NCBI GenBank assembly: GCA_017454745.1
Contig: JAFTCL010000083.1
Coordinates: 31,924 to 95,923, forward strand
Source: Kiritimatiellia bacterium
GTDB taxonomy: Bacteria > Verrucomicrobiota > Kiritimatiellia > RFP12 > UBA1067
Length of the DNA stretch: 64,000 bases
Direction of reading: 5' to 3'
Part shown: piece after piece, positions 61,119 to 64,000 of the stretch
Layout of the letters: every line of letters starts with the position of its first letter
Numbering within the stretch: position 1 is the first letter of the stretch
Notes under the pieces: generated by a model
Told to the model about the DNA's origin: nothing
What the model saw: the letters and a program-made list of their open reading frames with translations, nothing else
The model's database searches: none
Position numbers and translations under genes: made by a program

Positions 61119-61880
61119 ATGGAGCGCAAAACGGTAATCGAAGTTAGCCATGTTGACGCCGGGTATGACCATCCGGTGCTGCGAGATGTTGACTTTAAGG
61201 TGTTCCAAGGCGAGGTCTTTGTGGTTTTGGGCGGTTCCGGTTGCGGTAAAAGCACCATGCTTAAACACATGATCGGGTTGAATCCGCCACTGGCCGGCAC
61301 GGTGCGGCTTATCGGCGATGACATTTGGAGCGGCGACGCCGCCGAGCGGACGCGGGCGTTGCGCCATTTCGGGGTGTCCTATCAGAGCGGGGCGCTGTTC
61401 GGCTCGATGACGCTTTTGGAGAACGTTCTGCTGCCGCTGGAGTATTTCACTTCGCTGCCGCCTTCGGCGCGGCGGCTGCTGGCTTTGATGCGGCTGGAAC
61501 AGGTCGGTCTGCGCGACTACGCCGGTTTTTACCCGGCCGATATCAGCGGCGGGATGAAAAAACGCGCTGCGATCGCGCGGGCGCTGGCGCTGGAACCGGA
61601 GATTTTGTTTTTGGACGAACCGTCGGCGGGTTTGGATCCGGTAACTTCGGCGGGCCTGGACCGGCTGTTGCTGGAATTGCGTGACCGTCACGGCATGACG
61701 ATGGTGATGGTCACCCATGAGTTGCCGAGTATTTTTGCGGTGGCGGACCGTTGCGTTATGCTTGACCGCGCCGCGCAGGGAATGATTGCCCAAGGGAAAC
61801 CTGCCGAACTCAGGGATTACCCGCCAAACGATACGGTTAGGAGATTTTTCAACCGCCAGGCGGAAGGAGATAAATCGTGA
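61119..61880 (+). CDS. mlaF: MlaF-family ABC ATPase
   Basis: GGSGCGKST, QSGALFGSMT, ISGGMKKR, DEPSAGLDP and VTHE. Confidence 0.9.
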   Translation: MERKTVIEVSHVDAGYDHPVLRDVDFKVFQGEVFVVLGGSGCGKSTMLKHMIGLNPPLAGTVRLIGDDIWSGDAAERTRALRHFGVSYQSGALFGSMTLLENVLLPLEYFTSLPPSARRLLALMRLEQVGLRDYAGFYPADISGGMKKRAAIARALALEPEILFLDEPSAGLDPVTSAGLDRLLLELRDRHGMTMVMVTHELPSIFAVADRCVMLDRAAQGMIAQGKPAELRDYPPNDTVRRFFNRQAEGDKS

Positions 61881-62437
61881 AAATTGAAGCGACTGCATTG
61901 CCGGGGGTGATGATATGCGAGCCGGAGGTTTTCAAGGACAGCCGGGGTTTCTTCTTGGAGACCTACCATGCCCGCAAATATTTTGACATCGGGGTAAAAA
62001 CGGTTTTTGTGCAGGACAACCGTTCGCGTTCCACCCGCAGCGTGTTGCGCGGTCTACACTTCCAACTCCACCATCCGCAGGCTAAGCTTCTCTCTTGCAT
62101 CCGCGGCGAGATCTACGATGTAGCGGTGGATATCCGCCGCGGGTCGCCGACTTTCGGTAAATGGGTCGGGGCGACATTAAGCGAGGATAATTTCAAGCAG
62201 ATTTTCATTCCCGCCGGGTTCGCCCACGGTTTTTGCGTAATGAGCGACATCGCGGAAATAAATTACAAATGCTCCGAGTTTTATGACCATAAGGATGACC
62301 GCGGGATACGTTGGAACGATCCCGAATTGGGAGTGGAGTGGCCGGTAACCGATCCGATTCTTTCGGAGAAAGACCGCCGGCAGCCGTTCCTCTGCGAGGC
62401 GGAGCTGCCGCTTTATAATAACACCGGAGGCGAGTGA
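61877..62437 (+). CDS. rmlC: dTDP-4-dehydrorhamnose 3,5-epimerase
   Basis: DSRGFF, VQDN, LRGLHFQ, DVAVDIRRGSPTFG, GFAHGF and LSEKD. Confidence 0.96.
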   Translation: MKIEATALPGVMICEPEVFKDSRGFFLETYHARKYFDIGVKTVFVQDNRSRSTRSVLRGLHFQLHHPQAKLLSCIRGEIYDVAVDIRRGSPTFGKWVGATLSEDNFKQIFIPAGFAHGFCVMSDIAEINYKCSEFYDHKDDRGIRWNDPELGVEWPVTDPILSEKDRRQPFLCEAELPLYNNTGGE

Positions 62438-63441
62438 TGCGGTGGTTTCGCGGAGTGTTGACGCTTTTTGGAGTGGCGGCAGCCGCCATCAGCGCGTCCG
62501 GTTTCGAGAATCCGGTTTGGCCGCGCAATTGGCCCGACCCAACAGTGTGGCGGGCGGATGACGGTTATTACTATAGCTTTGCCACGCCGGGCCCTGGGCG
62601 GCACGGGCTTATCCGCAGCCGCGATTTCTTTAAATGGGAATCTTCGGGCAAAGATCCGTTCACGCCCGACACATGGCGCAAACTGCATGACGGCTGGCGA
62701 AACATTTGGGCGCCGGATGTCGCCAAAATCGGCGGCAAGTGGCTGATGTACGTTACGGTTTACAATTCGGCGGAAGATTGCGCCGTCGCGGTGTTGAGTT
62801 CGTTTAAACCCGCCGGGCCTTTTGAGTATCGCGGTATTGTTACCAAGAGCCGCGACACGAAAATCCGCGACACCATCGACCCGGAGGCGGTGGTAGATCC
62901 GGGTACCGGAAAGGTGTGGCTTTTTTTTGGCAGCGTGGGAAAAATTCATCGGGTAGAACTGGCCCGCGACGGTTTGGCATTGGCCCCGGGTGCCAAATAT
63001 GTGCATGTGGCGGGATTGACCGATCGGGAAAATCCGTCTCGTGAAAAGGTGTTTGAAGGTTCATACCTTTACCGCCACAACGGTTACTGGTATCTATTCG
63101 CCAGCGCGGGACGGTTTTCTGACGAAAGTTACCGCATTGTGGTGGGGCGCAGCCGTACCTTGGACGGTGAGTTCATCGATAAACACGGTAATCCCATGAC
63201 CAGAGGCTTTGCGGAGCCGTTATTGTGGTCGGAGCGGGGGGACGCTTTTTACGGGCCGGGACACAACGGCGAAATTTTTACCCTCAACAACGGGCGCAGC
63301 TATCTGGTTTACCACTGCCACTGGCGGGAGAAAGACCGTCCGGGCAGCAGGCCGCGCGTGATGATGGTTCAGGAAATCCGTTGGGACAAATCCGGTTGGC
63401 CGTACATTGAGGGCAACCATCCGGCGGCGGTCGTTAAGTAG
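62434..63441 (+). CDS. GH43 family glycoside hydrolase (paralog of 57591-58604)
   Basis: NPVWPRNWPDP, WAP, TIDP, FEGS and GPGHN; signal peptide. Confidence 0.92.
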   Translation: MMRWFRGVLTLFGVAAAAISASGFENPVWPRNWPDPTVWRADDGYYYSFATPGPGRHGLIRSRDFFKWESSGKDPFTPDTWRKLHDGWRNIWAPDVAKIGGKWLMYVTVYNSAEDCAVAVLSSFKPAGPFEYRGIVTKSRDTKIRDTIDPEAVVDPGTGKVWLFFGSVGKIHRVELARDGLALAPGAKYVHVAGLTDRENPSREKVFEGSYLYRHNGYWYLFASAGRFSDESYRIVVGRSRTLDGEFIDKHGNPMTRGFAEPLLWSERGDAFYGPGHNGEIFTLNNGRSYLVYHCHWREKDRPGSRPRVMMVQEIRWDKSGWPYIEGNHPAAVVK

Positions 63442-63453
63442 GGAGGTCGGCTT

Positions 63454-64000
63454 ATGCGTTGCGCTATTTGCTTTTTATTGTTGGTTTCGGCCTTGCGAAT
63501 CGGCGCGGTGACGGTGATGGTGGAGGCGGAGTCGTTCGCCGACAAAGGCGGTTGGGTAGTGGACCAGCAGTTTATGGATCAGATGGGTTCGCCGTTTTTG
63601 TTGGCGCATGGGTTGGGTAGCCCGGTCACCGCCGCCAAGACTACAGTCCGCATCGCCGAAGCTGGACGCTACCGGGTGTTGGCGCGAACTCGGAATTGGG
63701 CGGCGCACTGGAGCAAAAACGGTGCTCCGGGACGATTCTCCGTGGCGGTAAACGATACCGTTCTGCCCAAGATTATGGGCGTTAACGGCGTGGCGTGGGC
63801 TTGGCACGAGGCCGGACAGGTTGAATTGTCAGTCGGCGAAGTTTCTTTAGAACTGCGGGATTTGACCGGATTCGACGGACGTTGCGATGCAGTGGCGTTG
63901 ACTACCGACGCTACAGATCCGCCCAATACCCCGGACGAATTGGAGCGGTACCGCCGCAATTGCGGGTTGCTTCGCCGGGCCGCCGACGATGTAAAGGCGG
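63454..64000 (+). CDS. Probable FAD-dependent oxidoreductase, N-terminal part (runs off the window)
   Basis: Not in the ORF track because it has no stop. RBS GGAGG, then MRCAICF...VEAESFADKGGWVVDQQFMDQMGSPFLLAHGLG...DLTGFDGRCDA, the N-terminal domain I recall preceding FAD_oxidored domains. Confidence 0.72.
   Translation, partial: MRCAICFLLLVSALRIGAVTVMVEAESFADKGGWVVDQQFMDQMGSPFLLAHGLGSPVTAAKTTVRIAEAGRYRVLARTRNWAAHWSKNGAPGRFSVAVNDTVLPKIMGVNGVAWAWHEAGQVELSVGEVSLELRDLTGFDGRCDAVALTTDATDPPNTPDELERYRRNCGLLRRAADDVKA

Noticed and set aside
1-64000. rRNA, tRNA, CRISPR arrays, prophage or intact integrase genes
   Set aside because: None recognised. Intergenic gaps are short, and the tandem arrays are 7-8 nt units without spacers. 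A tRNAscan/Rfam run would confirm this.

Overview
A 64 kb, mostly plus-strand chromosomal segment of a moderately GC-rich diderm bacterium. It is most likely PVC superphylum, Kiritimatiellae/Lentisphaerae-like; this is inferred from a PEP-CTERM protein, giant beta-strand/PA14 surface proteins and the gene content. Housekeeping and metabolic genes include oadB (partial), pgpA, a UvrD-type helicase, a GldF/GldG/DUF4340 cluster, ribBA, an aryl-polyene-type KS plus chain-length-factor pair, manC, alkaline phosphatase with YibE/F, a split chromate transporter, a sialic-acid operon (Kelch-SSS fusion, nanA, AGE epimerase), gnd, potABCD, a CsgG-like protein, a B12 radical SAM enzyme, rarA, GH95, two GH43, hisF, queF, mlaE/F and rmlC. 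I saw no rRNA, tRNA or CRISPR array. The most unusual region is 32.9-39.8 kb. A MITE-like nested palindrome precedes a ~1,895-aa secreted protein (RCC1-like repeats, TSP3-like Ca-binding repeats, beta-helix, C-terminal trypsin-like protease) whose gene falls from very high to low GC. It is followed by a low-GC PEP-CTERM gene and a truncated transposase, which resembles a polymorphic effector/partner cassette. The second highlight is a 2,763-aa GDPD-headed adhesin-like protein with no autotransporter barrel and a short C-terminal motif that may be a sorting signal. All family calls come from motif recognition by eye; no searches were run.
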